From an uncultured Spirochaetota bacterium (GTDB lineage: Bacteria > Spirochaetota > Spirochaetia > SZUA-6 > Fen-1364): a DNA stretch of 64,000 bases. The notes beneath the pieces are model-generated. The model was not told the origin of the DNA. It did not search any database and worked only from the letters and a program-made list of their open reading frames with translations. Positions 1 to 10,428 of this stretch are shown here, one piece after another (the first letter of the stretch is position 1; the number at the start of each line of letters is the position of its first letter). The stretch is taken from contig CAWAHW010000004.1 of assembly GCA_963781885.1 (NCBI GenBank), positions 98,139 to 162,138 of the forward strand. The letters are read 5' to 3'. Position numbers and translations under genes: made by a program.

Positions 1-296
1 CGGAAGTCATTCAGACCCATGGCCTGTTCGGGCAGGTGTCGTTCCACAGCCTCACGAGCCAATACGGGCAGCAGGTGACGGGGCGGCACTCCACCGCCGA
101 GGAAGAGGTGGAGCGGACGCGCCTGCGCGGAATCATCAACAGGATCAAGGACGGGACGTTTGCAAAGGAGTGGAGCCTCGAGCAGCAGGCAGGCTATCCC
201 ACGCTGAACCGGGTTCACCAGCAGAACATGACTCACCCCATGACGCCCATCGAAGAAAGGCTTTTGCGTGAAATGGGCTTCTGGAAGAAGGAGTGA
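1..296 (+). CDS. Ketol-acid reductoisomerase (IlvC/KARI)-like protein, C-terminal part (5'-truncated by window)
   Basis: Frame from nt 3 reads EVIQTHGLFGQVSFHSLTSQYGQ...IINRIKDGTFAKEWSLEQQAGYP, matching the KARI C-terminal pattern (S.TAEYG...I..G.FA..W..E..AG.P) with divergent HSLTSQYG. Confidence 0.65.
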   Translation, partial: EVIQTHGLFGQVSFHSLTSQYGQQVTGRHSTAEEEVERTRLRGIINRIKDGTFAKEWSLEQQAGYPTLNRVHQQNMTHPMTPIEERLLREMGFWKKE

Positions 297-312
297 CCGG
301 GAAGGATCCTCC

Positions 313-1167
313 ATGAAAAAAGCAATCACCCTGCGCATGTTCCCCGATGAGCTCGCGACGCTGCGGCGCGTGGAGATCGCGCGCGACGCGGGCTTCGAAG
401 CCGTGGAGGTGAACCTGGAGCCGTGGCAGGAGTACTCGCTGGACACCGATGAGAGCGAGCTGGTGTGGCTTCGCAAAGACATCGAGGCGCGCGGCATGCA
501 GGTGAGCGCCGTCTACGACCGGGAGCAGTGGCACTATCCCATGTCCAGCCGGGACCCGAAAACGCGCGACCGATGCGGGCTCATCATCGAGCGCCTTGCG
601 CGGGCCGCGGTGGCGCTGGGGGCGGACACGGTGCTGGTCATGCCGGGGGCGGTGGACAACAGCGTGCTTGCTCCACACCCGGAGATCGTTCCCTATGCAG
701 ATGCCTATAGAAACGCCCAGGAGGTTCTGCGCCGCGTGGCGCTTTCGGCAGGAGAGAAGCACCGGGTTCATCTTGCCGCTGAGAATTGCCCGGGCAAGTT
801 CCTGATCACTCCGCTGGAGTTTGCGCGATTCCTGGACGAGATCGACAGCGAATGGGTGAGCGGCTGTTTCGACATCGGAAACGCCCTCTGGTATGGCTAC
901 CCGGAACATCGGATCCCGGTGCTCGGCGCGCGGATCTGGCGCGTCCACGTGAAGGACAACCGCCTTCTGGGCGGGGGCGCCGTGGCCGCCGCCCCCCTGC
1001 TCGCCGGGGACGTGAACTGGCCCGCGGTGCGCGAAGCGCTGGCGGCAACGGGTTACGACTCCTGGCTTACAGCGGAGGTGCTCCCTGCGTATCGTTATCA
1101 CGGCGAACGGCTGATCCATGAGACGAGCGCCAGCATGGACGCAATCTTTCGTCCCCCAGAAGTGTAG
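313..1167 (+). CDS. Sugar phosphate isomerase/epimerase (AP-endonuclease-2-like TIM barrel)
   Basis: AGFEAVE, LAAEN, FDIGN, VHVKD and AE metal-binding motifs; ATG at 313 after GGA-containing RBS. Confidence 0.85.
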   Translation: MKKAITLRMFPDELATLRRVEIARDAGFEAVEVNLEPWQEYSLDTDESELVWLRKDIEARGMQVSAVYDREQWHYPMSSRDPKTRDRCGLIIERLARAAVALGADTVLVMPGAVDNSVLAPHPEIVPYADAYRNAQEVLRRVALSAGEKHRVHLAAENCPGKFLITPLEFARFLDEIDSEWVSGCFDIGNALWYGYPEHRIPVLGARIWRVHVKDNRLLGGGAVAAAPLLAGDVNWPAVREALAATGYDSWLTAEVLPAYRYHGERLIHETSASMDAIFRPPEV

Positions 1168-1183
1168 GAAGGCCAGCGCGCGT

Positions 1184-2695
1184 CTATTCGGGCCGGGTCC
1201 GGAGCCGGATCACGTTCCATGAAAGGCTTGGAAGGATGGCCCTGAAACCTCCATCGTCCAGCGTTGTGTCGTCCGTGCGTCGCGGAGCCACCCGTTGGGG
1301 TTCTGCCGACGTGTTTCTGGCCTTTGTGTCCCCGTCCGAAAGGACAAGGTGCTCAATGACGGTGCATGTCTTGAAACCGCTCAACGATCCGCGCAGGAGC
1401 AGCTCGTGGTGCGGGCTGCGGTTGACGCAGAAAACCGAGACGGTGCCCGCCCGTGCGTCTTGCGTTGCGACGCTTTCCAGGAAAGGGACATCGCCGTGCT
1501 TTTCGCTTCGGTATGTCGGGCTGCTGACAAGGGTCTTCAGCACGTTCCCCCTGCCGAACCGGGATGCGTGCAGAAAGGGGTAATACGTCGTCTGCCGCCA
1601 CGCCGGTCCCGCATTGCTCGTCATGATGGGCGCTATGGCGTTCACAAGCTGCGCGAGACACGCGATCCGAACGCGATCCGCGTTTTTCAGCAGCGTGATG
1701 AGGCAGCATCCGACCACCAGAGCGTCCTCAAGCGTGTAGACATCCTCCAGGAGAGCCGGCCCCACCGTCCAGGGCTCAACAAGGGCATCAGCCGATTTTG
1801 AATGGTACCACACGTTCCATTCGTCGAAGGAAAGCTTCATGAGCTTCCGGCTCCGCATCTTCGCCTTAACGTAGTCCGCCGTGCTGGCGACGGTTCGGAT
1901 GAAGGCCGCCATGTCTTGAGACTGGGCAAGGAACTCGGGCAGGTCGTTCGCGGCATTATCCAGGTAGTAATGGAGCGAGAGGTAATCGACGTCCTCGTAG
2001 CATTGCTCCAGCACGGTGGCGTCCCACTCGGGGAAGGTTGGCATATGGCTGCTTGAACTCCCGCAGGCCACCACCTCAATCGTTCCGTCGACCGTCTTCA
2101 GCGCCTTCGCCACCTCGCGGGCCAGCGAGCCGTACTCCATGGCGGACTTGCGTCCGATCTGCCACTTCCCGTCCATTTCATTGCCCAGGCACCACACCTT
2201 GAATCCGAAGGGTGTCAAGGCGCCATGCGCGCAGCGCATGTCGCTCCAATGCGTGCCTCCGGGGTGGTTGCAATATTCGATGAAGCTCCGCGCCTCGTCT
2301 ATGCCCCGCGTGCCCAGGTTGAGCGCCGGCATCACCTGGGCTCCCGCCTTGGCGCACCACTCGTTGAATTCCCTTATGCCTACCCGATTGGGCTCAAGGG
2401 AGCGCCACGCCAGGTCCAGTCGACGCGGGCGCGTCTCAAGGGGACCGACGCCGTCTTCCCAATTGTACGCCGAAACAAAATTTCCACCGGGGTAGCGCAC
2501 CAGCGAGACGCCCAGCTCCCTCACCAGCTCAAGCACGTCCCGACGGAAGCCGCTTTCATCGGCGCTCGCGTGAGAGGGTTCGTAGATTCCCCCGTAGACG
2601 GCCCTTCCGACATGCTCTATGAACGAGCTGAAGAGACGGTCGTCCACGGCGGCATGGACGGCGTCGTCCTGGAATGAAATTGATGCTTCTATCAT
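1184..2695 (-). CDS. abfA: Alpha-L-arabinofuranosidase, GH51 (no signal peptide)
   Basis: FSSFIEHVGRAVYGGIY, RYPGGNF, WCLGNEMDGKWQ, FDEWNVW, AQLVNAIAPI. Confidence 0.93.
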   Translation of the reverse strand: MIEASISFQDDAVHAAVDDRLFSSFIEHVGRAVYGGIYEPSHASADESGFRRDVLELVRELGVSLVRYPGGNFVSAYNWEDGVGPLETRPRRLDLAWRSLEPNRVGIREFNEWCAKAGAQVMPALNLGTRGIDEARSFIEYCNHPGGTHWSDMRCAHGALTPFGFKVWCLGNEMDGKWQIGRKSAMEYGSLAREVAKALKTVDGTIEVVACGSSSSHMPTFPEWDATVLEQCYEDVDYLSLHYYLDNAANDLPEFLAQSQDMAAFIRTVASTADYVKAKMRSRKLMKLSFDEWNVWYHSKSADALVEPWTVGPALLEDVYTLEDALVVGCCLITLLKNADRVRIACLAQLVNAIAPIMTSNAGPAWRQTTYYPFLHASRFGRGNVLKTLVSSPTYRSEKHGDVPFLESVATQDARAGTVSVFCVNRSPHHELLLRGSLSGFKTCTVIEHLVLSDGDTKARNTSAEPQRVAPRRTDDTTLDDGGFRAILPSLSWNVIRLRTRPE

Positions 2696-2780
2696 CCGAA
2701 CCTCCCTGCAACCAGGAAACCTTCAGGCGACATTCCCCGGCGAAACCTCCACAATCCGACGTGCGTGCCGGATGCATGGC

Positions 2781-4712
2781 TTACGGCAGTTCAAGGCGGA
2801 ATATCGCGACGGAATAGCCGGGGACGGAAAGGCCCGCGGCGTCCGTTGAAAAGGAGCTCTCGGTCACCGCCACATTCTGCGGCCCTCCGGGCACATTGGC
2901 GCTCATGGGATCGGGGCCAGTGAGGATCCACCGCGTGCCGTTTCGGGCGGGCACGGCGGGGTGGACATCGAAGAGGAGCCTGTCCGCGTCCTGCCCGGAG
3001 TTCACAACGGCGATGGTCAGGGCTTTGCCGTCCTCCGTCAGCGCCGCCGCAATGTCGAGCTTCCCTCCCGCACCCGTGACCGCGACGGGGACCGACCCGA
3101 AGCAGTGACGATAGAGCTTCAGCACCAGTCCCGTCGTGTCGAAGACGGCATCCGTGCGGGACGTCTTGATGGCGCCGATGACGTTCACCGTCTGCGCGTA
3201 GTTCGCCATGAAGTAGATGTCGCTGTTCCTGAAGAAGGCGTGCAGTCCCCTGGCGATCCCCAGGGCATCTTTGAGGTGGTACTGCACCCCCAGCTCGCCG
3301 TAGACGTAGGGTCCATACCAGTAATTCCACTCATCCATTGCGATGCGGATGTTCGTGCCTTTGAGTGCGGGAATGGAGCCGCGGTAGGCACGGTGGGCAA
3401 GCGCAAGACGATCGATATCGTCCGCGAGCTGCCGGGAATGGGCGTCCACGTCCGCCAATTCCTTGTGGTAGATGTGCTCGCTGATCAGGTCCATGTGGTC
3501 CGCGCTCCCCGCGAGCATCCCCTCGTCCCATGCGCCGACTGACCCCACGGCAACGACATGTGCGGCGGGATCGACGCGCCGGATAGCGTCCACAACGTCG
3601 TTATGCTTCTTGACGTACGTGGCGAGTGGCATGTACCCCAGTTGCCACTGGCCGAACATCTCGTTGCCCACCGCCCACCAGGTGACCGGGAATGGATCCG
3701 GATGGCCGTTTGCCGCGCGAAGCTTCCCCATCGGGGTATCCGCCGATCCGACGCAGTATTCCACTTCGTCGACCGCGTCCTTCACCGTCCCCAGTCCCGT
3801 GTTGAGGGAGACATAGGGCTCCGCCCCGATGATCGCCATCAGGTCCATGAACTCGTGGATGCCGACGTCATTCGGCTCGATGCCCTTCCAGGCAGGGTTC
3901 TGCCGCGGCGGACGCGTGTCCCGATCCCCGATGCCGTCCCGCCAATTGTATCCGCTTACGAAATTTCCGCCTGGCCAACGATAGATGGGGGAGCCGAGCT
4001 CCTTCAGGAGCGCAACGACGTCACTTCTCCATCCGTCGATGTTGTCCGACGGCATGAGGGAAACCGCGCCGATGCGGAAACTTCCTTTGCCTGTGCCGAC
4101 GATCTCCATTCGCGCGCTGTCGCTCGCCCAGGGGGAAACGAACCGGAAAGGATAGGTCTCGTACTGACGGCCGGGCGTGATGGAAGCAAGCTCCGCGGAC
4201 GCTCCTGAATCTCCCACCATTCGAACAGTCACGGCAACGCCGGGGTCTGAAGCGAGCACGATTCTTCCCGAATACCCCCTCCCGTTCACGAGGGCGAGCC
4301 CATCCTGCGAAATCCCTGCCACCGTTCCGCCGTTCGGCAGATGAACGGAAGGTGAATGGATTCCGGTAAAAGGCGCGTCGGTGTCCATGGAGACGGCTTT
4401 CGCCGGCCCGATGACCTTCCAGGGTGAAGCCCTGAGGTAGTCGTACGGTCCCGAGCCCCAGTTGGGGTCCGAGGTGGTACCCCAGGGGGCGTACCTGTCG
4501 TTGATGATGAAGAAGAACTTTCGGTCCTCGAGCATCTCTGCCCAAAGCCCTCCATAGACGCCGCGGCCTATGTGCTCGATGAACTGCCCGTAGACATACG
4601 GAGAGATCGGCGCGCCGGCGCGTCCCGTATCGATCGCGATCGTGCGGGGCGCACCCCAGCATCCAAAGGAGACAAGCAGGAACCCGCCAACGATCGAAGC
4701 AGGCAGTTTCAT
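2781..4712 (-). CDS. Exported GH51 alpha-L-arabinofuranosidase with inserted CBM-like domain
   Basis: Signal peptide; YGQFIEHIGR, RWPGGNF, WAVGNEMFG, DEWNYW, AQTVNVIGAI. Confidence 0.88.
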   Translation of the reverse strand: MKLPASIVGGFLLVSFGCWGAPRTIAIDTGRAGAPISPYVYGQFIEHIGRGVYGGLWAEMLEDRKFFFIINDRYAPWGTTSDPNWGSGPYDYLRASPWKVIGPAKAVSMDTDAPFTGIHSPSVHLPNGGTVAGISQDGLALVNGRGYSGRIVLASDPGVAVTVRMVGDSGASAELASITPGRQYETYPFRFVSPWASDSARMEIVGTGKGSFRIGAVSLMPSDNIDGWRSDVVALLKELGSPIYRWPGGNFVSGYNWRDGIGDRDTRPPRQNPAWKGIEPNDVGIHEFMDLMAIIGAEPYVSLNTGLGTVKDAVDEVEYCVGSADTPMGKLRAANGHPDPFPVTWWAVGNEMFGQWQLGYMPLATYVKKHNDVVDAIRRVDPAAHVVAVGSVGAWDEGMLAGSADHMDLISEHIYHKELADVDAHSRQLADDIDRLALAHRAYRGSIPALKGTNIRIAMDEWNYWYGPYVYGELGVQYHLKDALGIARGLHAFFRNSDIYFMANYAQTVNVIGAIKTSRTDAVFDTTGLVLKLYRHCFGSVPVAVTGAGGKLDIAAALTEDGKALTIAVVNSGQDADRLLFDVHPAVPARNGTRWILTGPDPMSANVPGGPQNVAVTESSFSTDAAGLSVPGYSVAIFRLELP

Positions 4713-4788
4713 ATATCTTCTCCCGAACGCGCTGGATTGTCGATGACACCGTCCGCCTCCGCGACCGCGCCCGACGCGGAGGGCTGCC

Positions 4789-5610
4789 TCATTTTATCAA
4801 CCCCGTCAATTGTGGGGCGAGGAATCTCTGCAGGGTGAGGAACATGACGAGCAAAGGCAGAGCCGTCAGGAAGGCGCCCATGAGGGTGAGATTGTAAACC
4901 GGAAACCCGGAAGAGGAACTGATTGTCGTTATCCCCAGTATCAGGGGGAATGCTTCATGAGTGTTCAACATGATGAGCGCAAGGAAATAGTTGTTCCAGA
5001 TGGCAACAAATGAAAGGAGAAGGATGGTTGTGGCACCCGGCAGGATGGTGGGAAGACCGATCCGCAGGAAGATGGTCGCTTCCCTCGTTCCGTCCATCAT
5101 GGCCGCATCGAACATCTCTTCGGGAACCTGGTTCCAATACACGACCATGAGGTAGACGCCGAATATGTTCATCGCGGAGGGAACGATGATGGCCCACGCC
5201 GTGTTCAGGAAATGGAAGTTCTTGAACTCGATGAAGAGCGGAAGCGTCGTGGCGAATCCGGGGACCAGCGCGAATCCAAGGATGAGGATGAAGAGGATCT
5301 TGCGGCCGAAGAAGCGGTACCGCCTGAACGCGAATCCCGCCATGGCCGCGGCGAAGGTGCCCACGAGCGAGCCAGAAACGGAATAGAGGAAGGAGTTGAT
5401 CAGCCAGTGGACGAACACGCCATGGTTGTATGAGAAAACGCCAATGAGATTATCAATGAAATGGTTGGGAAATCCGGGCGCAAATGTGCCCTCCATGAGC
5501 TGCCCGATGTCCTTTGTCGAGCTCTGGACGAGCCAATAGAAGGGAAGGAGAAAAAAAAGTGAAAGGAGTATCGTGATGATTTCGAACCGGGGGCGATAGG
5601 ACGCTTTCAT
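4789..5610 (-). CDS. Carbohydrate ABC transporter permease (MalG-like)
   Basis: Multiple TM segments; EEMFDAAMMDG EAA loop; WNNYF. Confidence 0.9.
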   Translation of the reverse strand: MKASYRPRFEIITILLSLFFLLPFYWLVQSSTKDIGQLMEGTFAPGFPNHFIDNLIGVFSYNHGVFVHWLINSFLYSVSGSLVGTFAAAMAGFAFRRYRFFGRKILFILILGFALVPGFATTLPLFIEFKNFHFLNTAWAIIVPSAMNIFGVYLMVVYWNQVPEEMFDAAMMDGTREATIFLRIGLPTILPGATTILLLSFVAIWNNYFLALIMLNTHEAFPLILGITTISSSSGFPVYNLTLMGAFLTALPLLVMFLTLQRFLAPQLTGLIK

Positions 5611-5643
5611 GTCCGCCGCCTTTCTTCCTCGAAGGGTTGGATT

Positions 5644-6507
5644 TCACGCATGGACGTCCAGTTCCTTCATGGATTGCCTCATGAAAAAGAATGAGACGAC
5701 GAATGTGACCGCGGCCAGAACGAGGCACATCGCGATCGAATAGGTGAAAGCGCCGTAGGCAAACGCCTGGTTGTAGATGTACATCGCAGGCGAGAAGTTC
5801 TGGGGAAGGGGCATGAGGATGTTGATCATCCGGGGTTCATTGAAGACCTGCATGGCGCCGATCGAATTGAAGATGAAAAGCACGAAGACCGAGTTCTTGA
5901 GAAGCGGCACCTTGATGTAGTACGCCACCTTCAGCCAGGTTGCCCCGTCAATCTCCGCCGCCTCGGCATACTCCTTGGGAAGGGAGACCAGCGTGGAATA
6001 GATGATGAGCGAGGTGAATCCCGTCCATTCCCAGAGGATGATGATGAGAAGGATCCAGCGCACGCTCGAGAGGGTGATGAAATTCGGGTTGGTCGCACCG
6101 AACAGCTTCCATACTGCCACAAGGGGGGACATGGATTTGGAGAACATGTAGGACCAGAGGATCCCGGCCACGACTCCGGGCACCGCATAGGGAAGGTAGA
6201 AGATGAGCCGGTACACCGCGGAGTGCCTGACCCTCTCGTACAGAAGCCCGATGAAGATCGCGATCACGATCATGCCGGGGACCTGGACGAGGAGCAGAAA
6301 AAGAGGAAAAACGAACGATTTCCAGAACAAAGGGTCCGTGATGACGGAAATGTAATTGCTCAACCCCACGAACCACATTCTCGGCCCGTGCTGTCCGAAC
6401 AGGGACAGGTATCCGCCATAGAGGACGGGATATGCGGTCACCATGATGAAAAACGCCAGAAAGGGGGAGAGAAACAGCAATGCCCTGAACGCTTGACCCC
6501 GCCTCAT
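5644..6507 (-). CDS. Carbohydrate ABC transporter permease (MalF-like)
   Basis: VGLSNY, EYAEAAEIDGA EAA loop, TM segments. Confidence 0.9.
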   Translation of the reverse strand: MRRGQAFRALLFLSPFLAFFIMVTAYPVLYGGYLSLFGQHGPRMWFVGLSNYISVITDPLFWKSFVFPLFLLLVQVPGMIVIAIFIGLLYERVRHSAVYRLIFYLPYAVPGVVAGILWSYMFSKSMSPLVAVWKLFGATNPNFITLSSVRWILLIIILWEWTGFTSLIIYSTLVSLPKEYAEAAEIDGATWLKVAYYIKVPLLKNSVFVLFIFNSIGAMQVFNEPRMINILMPLPQNFSPAMYIYNQAFAYGAFTYSIAMCLVLAAVTFVVSFFFMRQSMKELDVHA

Positions 6508-6603
6508 ATCCGTCTTTCCATTCCTTCGCCAGAATATCGCAGGGGTATCATATAACCCCGCTGTATCGTATCAAAGCGGACATTCATACCAGCGGCAGAA
6601 AGA

Positions 6604-6638
6604 GGGCTGCCTCAGGGGTTTCGCCCCGGGGCAGCCCG
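6604..6638 (-). terminator. GC-rich hairpin between the binding-protein and permease genes (terminator or mRNA-stabilising stem)
   Basis: GGGCTGCC...GGCAGCCC inverted repeat just downstream of the SBP stop. Confidence 0.5.
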
Positions 6639-6682
6639 ACGATTGCAGTGACGATCCGACCGTGCGATTCAGCTCTGCTTCC

Positions 6683-8009
6683 TTAGGGCAATTTCCCCAC
6701 AACGACGTTGCTGAACCCCTGCTTCTTCATGAAGGCGACGACGTTGGCCTCCCAGTTCGTCAGGAAGGTGGCGGCGTCTTCCTGTCCATTGACGAACTTC
6801 AAGTTCTCCTGGTCATGACTTGATGAGAACGAAGTCCATGATCGGGAGCGCCGTGAATGCGGTATTGACCTGACCCATGCCCTGGACGCTGACGGGCGTG
6901 ATTGCCTGCCCGCCGAAATACGGATACGGCTGCTGGGCCAGATCCGGCGCCAGCTCATTCTTGAATACGGACGACCAGAGGATGGGAAGCTGGCTCTTGT
7001 CATGGAGCTGCACGAGCGATTCCTTCGCCGAGTTCAGCCAGAGGACGAAGAGCGCTGCGGCTTCTGGATTCTTGCTCTGATTGCTCACGTAGAAACCGGA
7101 TCCCCCCATCTCGCCGTTCGTGGGATTTGCGGCGTCCCACTGCGGTGTCAGGGCGACTCTCCAGGTTCCGTCCGGGGTCTTGCAGTTCAACTGAAGCCAT
7201 TCCGGGTACCACCCGCCGCACACGACGGTGGCATCTTTGCCGTCGGCAAGCCCCTTGTACCAGTCCGCGTTCCACCACGATTCGGCCGTGACTGACTTGT
7301 CCTTGAAGAGTTTTTGCCAGTACTGGAATACCTTCAAGGCGGTCGGGTTGGTGAAATTGATATACCATACCCCGTTCGAGTAATCGAACATCTTCCCGCC
7401 GGCCTGCCATACCAATCCCATCGTCACGAGCACGAAATTCGACGGATAGGAGATCATCGAAATGCCGGGATTTGCGGCGTGCAGCTTTGCGGCCTGCGTG
7501 GCGAACTCCGCCCACGTCTTGGGCACGGTCAATTTGTACTTGTCGAAGATATCCTTCCTGTAGACCATGGTGCTCGCGCCGCTGTCCTGGGGCGTCCCGT
7601 AGATCTGCCCATCCATGGCGGTCCATTTCAGCGTGACATCGGGATAATATTTCAGGTAGGTACTGAGTGATACCCACTTGTTGATCGGCTGGAAGCTCCC
7701 ATACGACATGAACTGAGGCGCGTAGGTGTATTCGGACATGATCACGTCAGGAAGCCCGCTCCCGGCTGCCGTTGCAGTCAAGACTTGGGCATAGGGGACG
7801 CCATTGTTCGTCCAGTTGATCTTGATGTCCGGATATGCCTTTGTGAAAAGATCGTTGGAGAAGTTCTCGTTACTGGTCCAGGCCCACTCTGACAATTCCA
7901 CTGGCGCCCCGGTATACGCCGGATATCCGCCCGGACCTGGGGCGGCAAGCAGTGGCATTGCCATGAGCACGAAAATGGAAACGACACCAATGATCCAAAT
8001 ACGTTTCAT
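6683..8009 (-). CDS. Sugar ABC transporter solute-binding protein (family 1), +1 frameshift near 6825
   Basis: Signal peptide MKRIWIIG...; GLPDV, YGTPQDSG, VYRKDIF; C-terminus continues in a second frame (SHDQENLKFVNG...). Confidence 0.85.
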
Positions 8010-8332
8010 AAGACACCTCCTCCTGCACATTTGGTTGTCCCAGATAGCTTCGGCCAAGAGAACCTGCTCATCTCAATACCGTTCTGAAATTATGGATTCG
8101 TACCAACCCTTACAAAGACACACCAAGCGTTTCGTTCACCTCCTTTCTCTCTGCCCGAGTTGCGGGCCGATTTTCCATAATTCCCTGGTTGAATGCCTCA
8201 GAATAGACTTGAGAATAGCTTCTGTCAAGAAATATCGCAGTATATCGGGAGTGTATCAATATCTTTGATACCAATTGTCCCTTAAAGGCAGCAAGCTGAT
8301 GCCCGCCCGCACCTCAAGGGCCCGCAGAGGCT

Positions 8333-9271
8333 CTACAGGTACATCCGCAAAACAATGTCCTGGTCGTAATTGCCGAATCCGCGGCCGAAAATGTTGAGCC
8401 CTCCCACGTGCTCTGCGTTTTCCTTGATGCCAAATTTTACTTTGACGGAATGATGTTCCGCGAGCTTCAGGTCCGCAATAGTAACGGGCGAGACGGGAAC
8501 GCCGTCAATATATGACCCCTCCTCCGTCACCGACCATACCTTGTTGAGGCCATACTGTGACCCCTCGAGTTTCCACCAGCCGGGCGTGTACGTACCGCGC
8601 TTGTCGCCGAAGTCCCCCGGGGAGATCCAGGTGCCCACCTCCACGCCATTTACCCACATCGTGATATCGGACCTCCACTGGGGATTTGTCCCCGGAGTTT
8701 CCGAGGAAAGCTCCGCGATGACCTCCAGGTGCCTCACCGGCTTTTGCTGGTAGAGTGAATTGTTGGGAAACTGGTAGACAACGTAGCCCTTCTCGAACCA
8801 GAGCAGGCCGGCTTTTACCCGCTCGGGCTCCAGAAACGAGGCTGGCGTGTCCAGAAAGCCTATGATTTTTTCGGTCGAGCACATCCCGCAGGGAGGGGAG
8901 ACGGAGTATTCGATGAACAGACCGATCGGCATTTCGACCTCTATCGCATCGTTGACCTCGGTTGCGGGCTCGGAGAAATTGATGACGAACTCGCTGTAGA
9001 GCGCGGCGCAGATCTTCTGCGTCCCTTTTGCGGCCTTGATACTGCGCGTCTCGATAAGCTTGGCTTTTTCGAGAATCATGATGTTCGTGGCGACGGTGGA
9101 CTGCGGGAGTCCCGTCGCGTCACTGAGCTCGTTGACGTTCTTCTCACCCTTTCGGAGTATCTCCAGGATCATGATTCGGACGCTGGAAGCCAGCCCTTTA
9201 AGAACTGCAAAATCTCGCGGAAGCTGGACGATCAGAATGCGACCTTGCCTTTTATTGGCATTGAACTTCAT
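8333..9271 (-). CDS. ArsR-like winged-HTH transcriptional regulator with long C-terminal domain
   Basis: LASSVRIMILEILRKGEKNVNELSDATGLPQSTVATNIMILEKAKLI HTH; sits next to the GH51 locus. Confidence 0.8.
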   Translation of the reverse strand: MKFNANKRQGRILIVQLPRDFAVLKGLASSVRIMILEILRKGEKNVNELSDATGLPQSTVATNIMILEKAKLIETRSIKAAKGTQKICAALYSEFVINFSEPATEVNDAIEVEMPIGLFIEYSVSPPCGMCSTEKIIGFLDTPASFLEPERVKAGLLWFEKGYVVYQFPNNSLYQQKPVRHLEVIAELSSETPGTNPQWRSDITMWVNGVEVGTWISPGDFGDKRGTYTPGWWKLEGSQYGLNKVWSVTEEGSYIDGVPVSPVTIADLKLAEHHSVKVKFGIKENAEHVGGLNIFGRGFGNYDQDIVLRMYL

Positions 9272-9517
9272 GTAACGGTTCTTCCTTTCACGTACTTTAT
9301 CTATGTATATCATCTTACATGATTTAATCAATAACTTGTGCATGTTATTTGCGTCAGGGCATCGAATTTCGGCAAATAACATGCTGATTTCTCAAAACTG
9401 AATGTAAATGAATCAAAGAGGCTAATACAGATTTGAAATTTATGGAGCAAATGCTTCCAGGGGGCAACCCCGCCTGAGATTCACAGCAGCGAGAGGACGG
9501 TAAGATGCCCGCCGCGA

Positions 9518-10324
9518 TCACAGCGGCGCGACGGTGAGGGCGAGTCCTGCCTGCGCGAATGATTCGATGAAGTCACGGGGCACGTTTGAGTCCGTAATCA
9601 CCCGGCTCACACGAGAGAGAGGGGCAATGAGCGCCGGCGCGGTCTTTCCGATCTTGCTGTGATCTGCGACCACCCATACCTCCCTGGCGTGATCGATGTA
9701 GAGAGCCGCCGCGTGCGCCTCGGCAGCCGTAAATGTGGACAGGCCGTGCGTAAAGTCAAGGCCGTCGACGCCGATCAGGGCGACGTCGAGATGGAAGTCC
9801 TGGATGGTCCTTTCCGCGATATGCCCCACGAGCTCGTAGGAGCGTGGACGCAGGGTGCCGCCGGTGACAATGACCTCAATCGATTCGGCGGCTGCCAGCT
9901 CCATGGCGATATTGATGGCGTTGGTAACCACGGTGACCCTCTTCTCCTTGAGCGCCTTGATCACCTGCGCGATCGTGGTCCCTCCCGTGCAGCCAATCAC
10001 CTGGCCGTCTTTAAGCAGGGAAGCGGTGAGCACGGCGATCGCCCTTTTCTCCTGGAGATAGGCGGTGAGCTTCGACTGGAATGGAAGCTCATCCCGAGAA
10101 TCATTGGTCGTTGCCCCGCCATGGGTGCGACGCAGCATCCCCCTGCCCTGCATGGCATCGAGGTCCCGCCGAATCGTTGCCCGGGAGGTCTTGAGTAGAG
10201 CCGCCAGCTCATCGCCGTCGACGCTCCCTTTTCGAGCCAGCTCGCTCCTGATCCGTTCGAAGCGTTCTTCCTTGATCAATGTCGCCTGTCCATTTCTTCG
10301 CTCGATAATACCCGAAACGGTCAC
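9518..10324 (-). CDS. DeoR/GlpR-family regulator (AgaR-like)
   Basis: SRATIRRDL...LRRTHGGA; VTNAINIA; GGTLR; DHSKIG. Confidence 0.9.
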   Translation of the reverse strand: MTVSGIIERRNGQATLIKEERFERIRSELARKGSVDGDELAALLKTSRATIRRDLDAMQGRGMLRRTHGGATTNDSRDELPFQSKLTAYLQEKRAIAVLTASLLKDGQVIGCTGGTTIAQVIKALKEKRVTVVTNAINIAMELAAAESIEVIVTGGTLRPRSYELVGHIAERTIQDFHLDVALIGVDGLDFTHGLSTFTAAEAHAAALYIDHAREVWVVADHSKIGKTAPALIAPLSRVSRVITDSNVPRDFIESFAQAGLALTVAPL

Positions 10325-10392
10325 TTATGTGAAGGGCATGTTCAAATGAGCGATTTAAAATATAAAAACGATCAAAATCGTACAAGTAAATG

Positions 10393-10422
10393 TTGACATT
10401 TGATTGATTAGTGTAGTAGTCT
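10393..10422 (+). promoter_or_regulatory. Sigma70-like promoter in the divergent AT-rich agaR/agaS intergenic region
   Basis: TTGACA at 10393-10398; TAGTCT at 10417-10422 (18-nt spacer). Confidence 0.5.
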
Positions 10423-10428
10423 GTGGCG

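Noticed and set aside
145-1119. 324-aa minus-strand ORF, and similar long antisense ORFs (e.g. 23486-25123, 32729-34177, 38872-40338, 45077-46582, 58470-60425)
   Set aside because: Shadow ORFs opposite well-supported genes; expected in high-GC DNA; no motifs.
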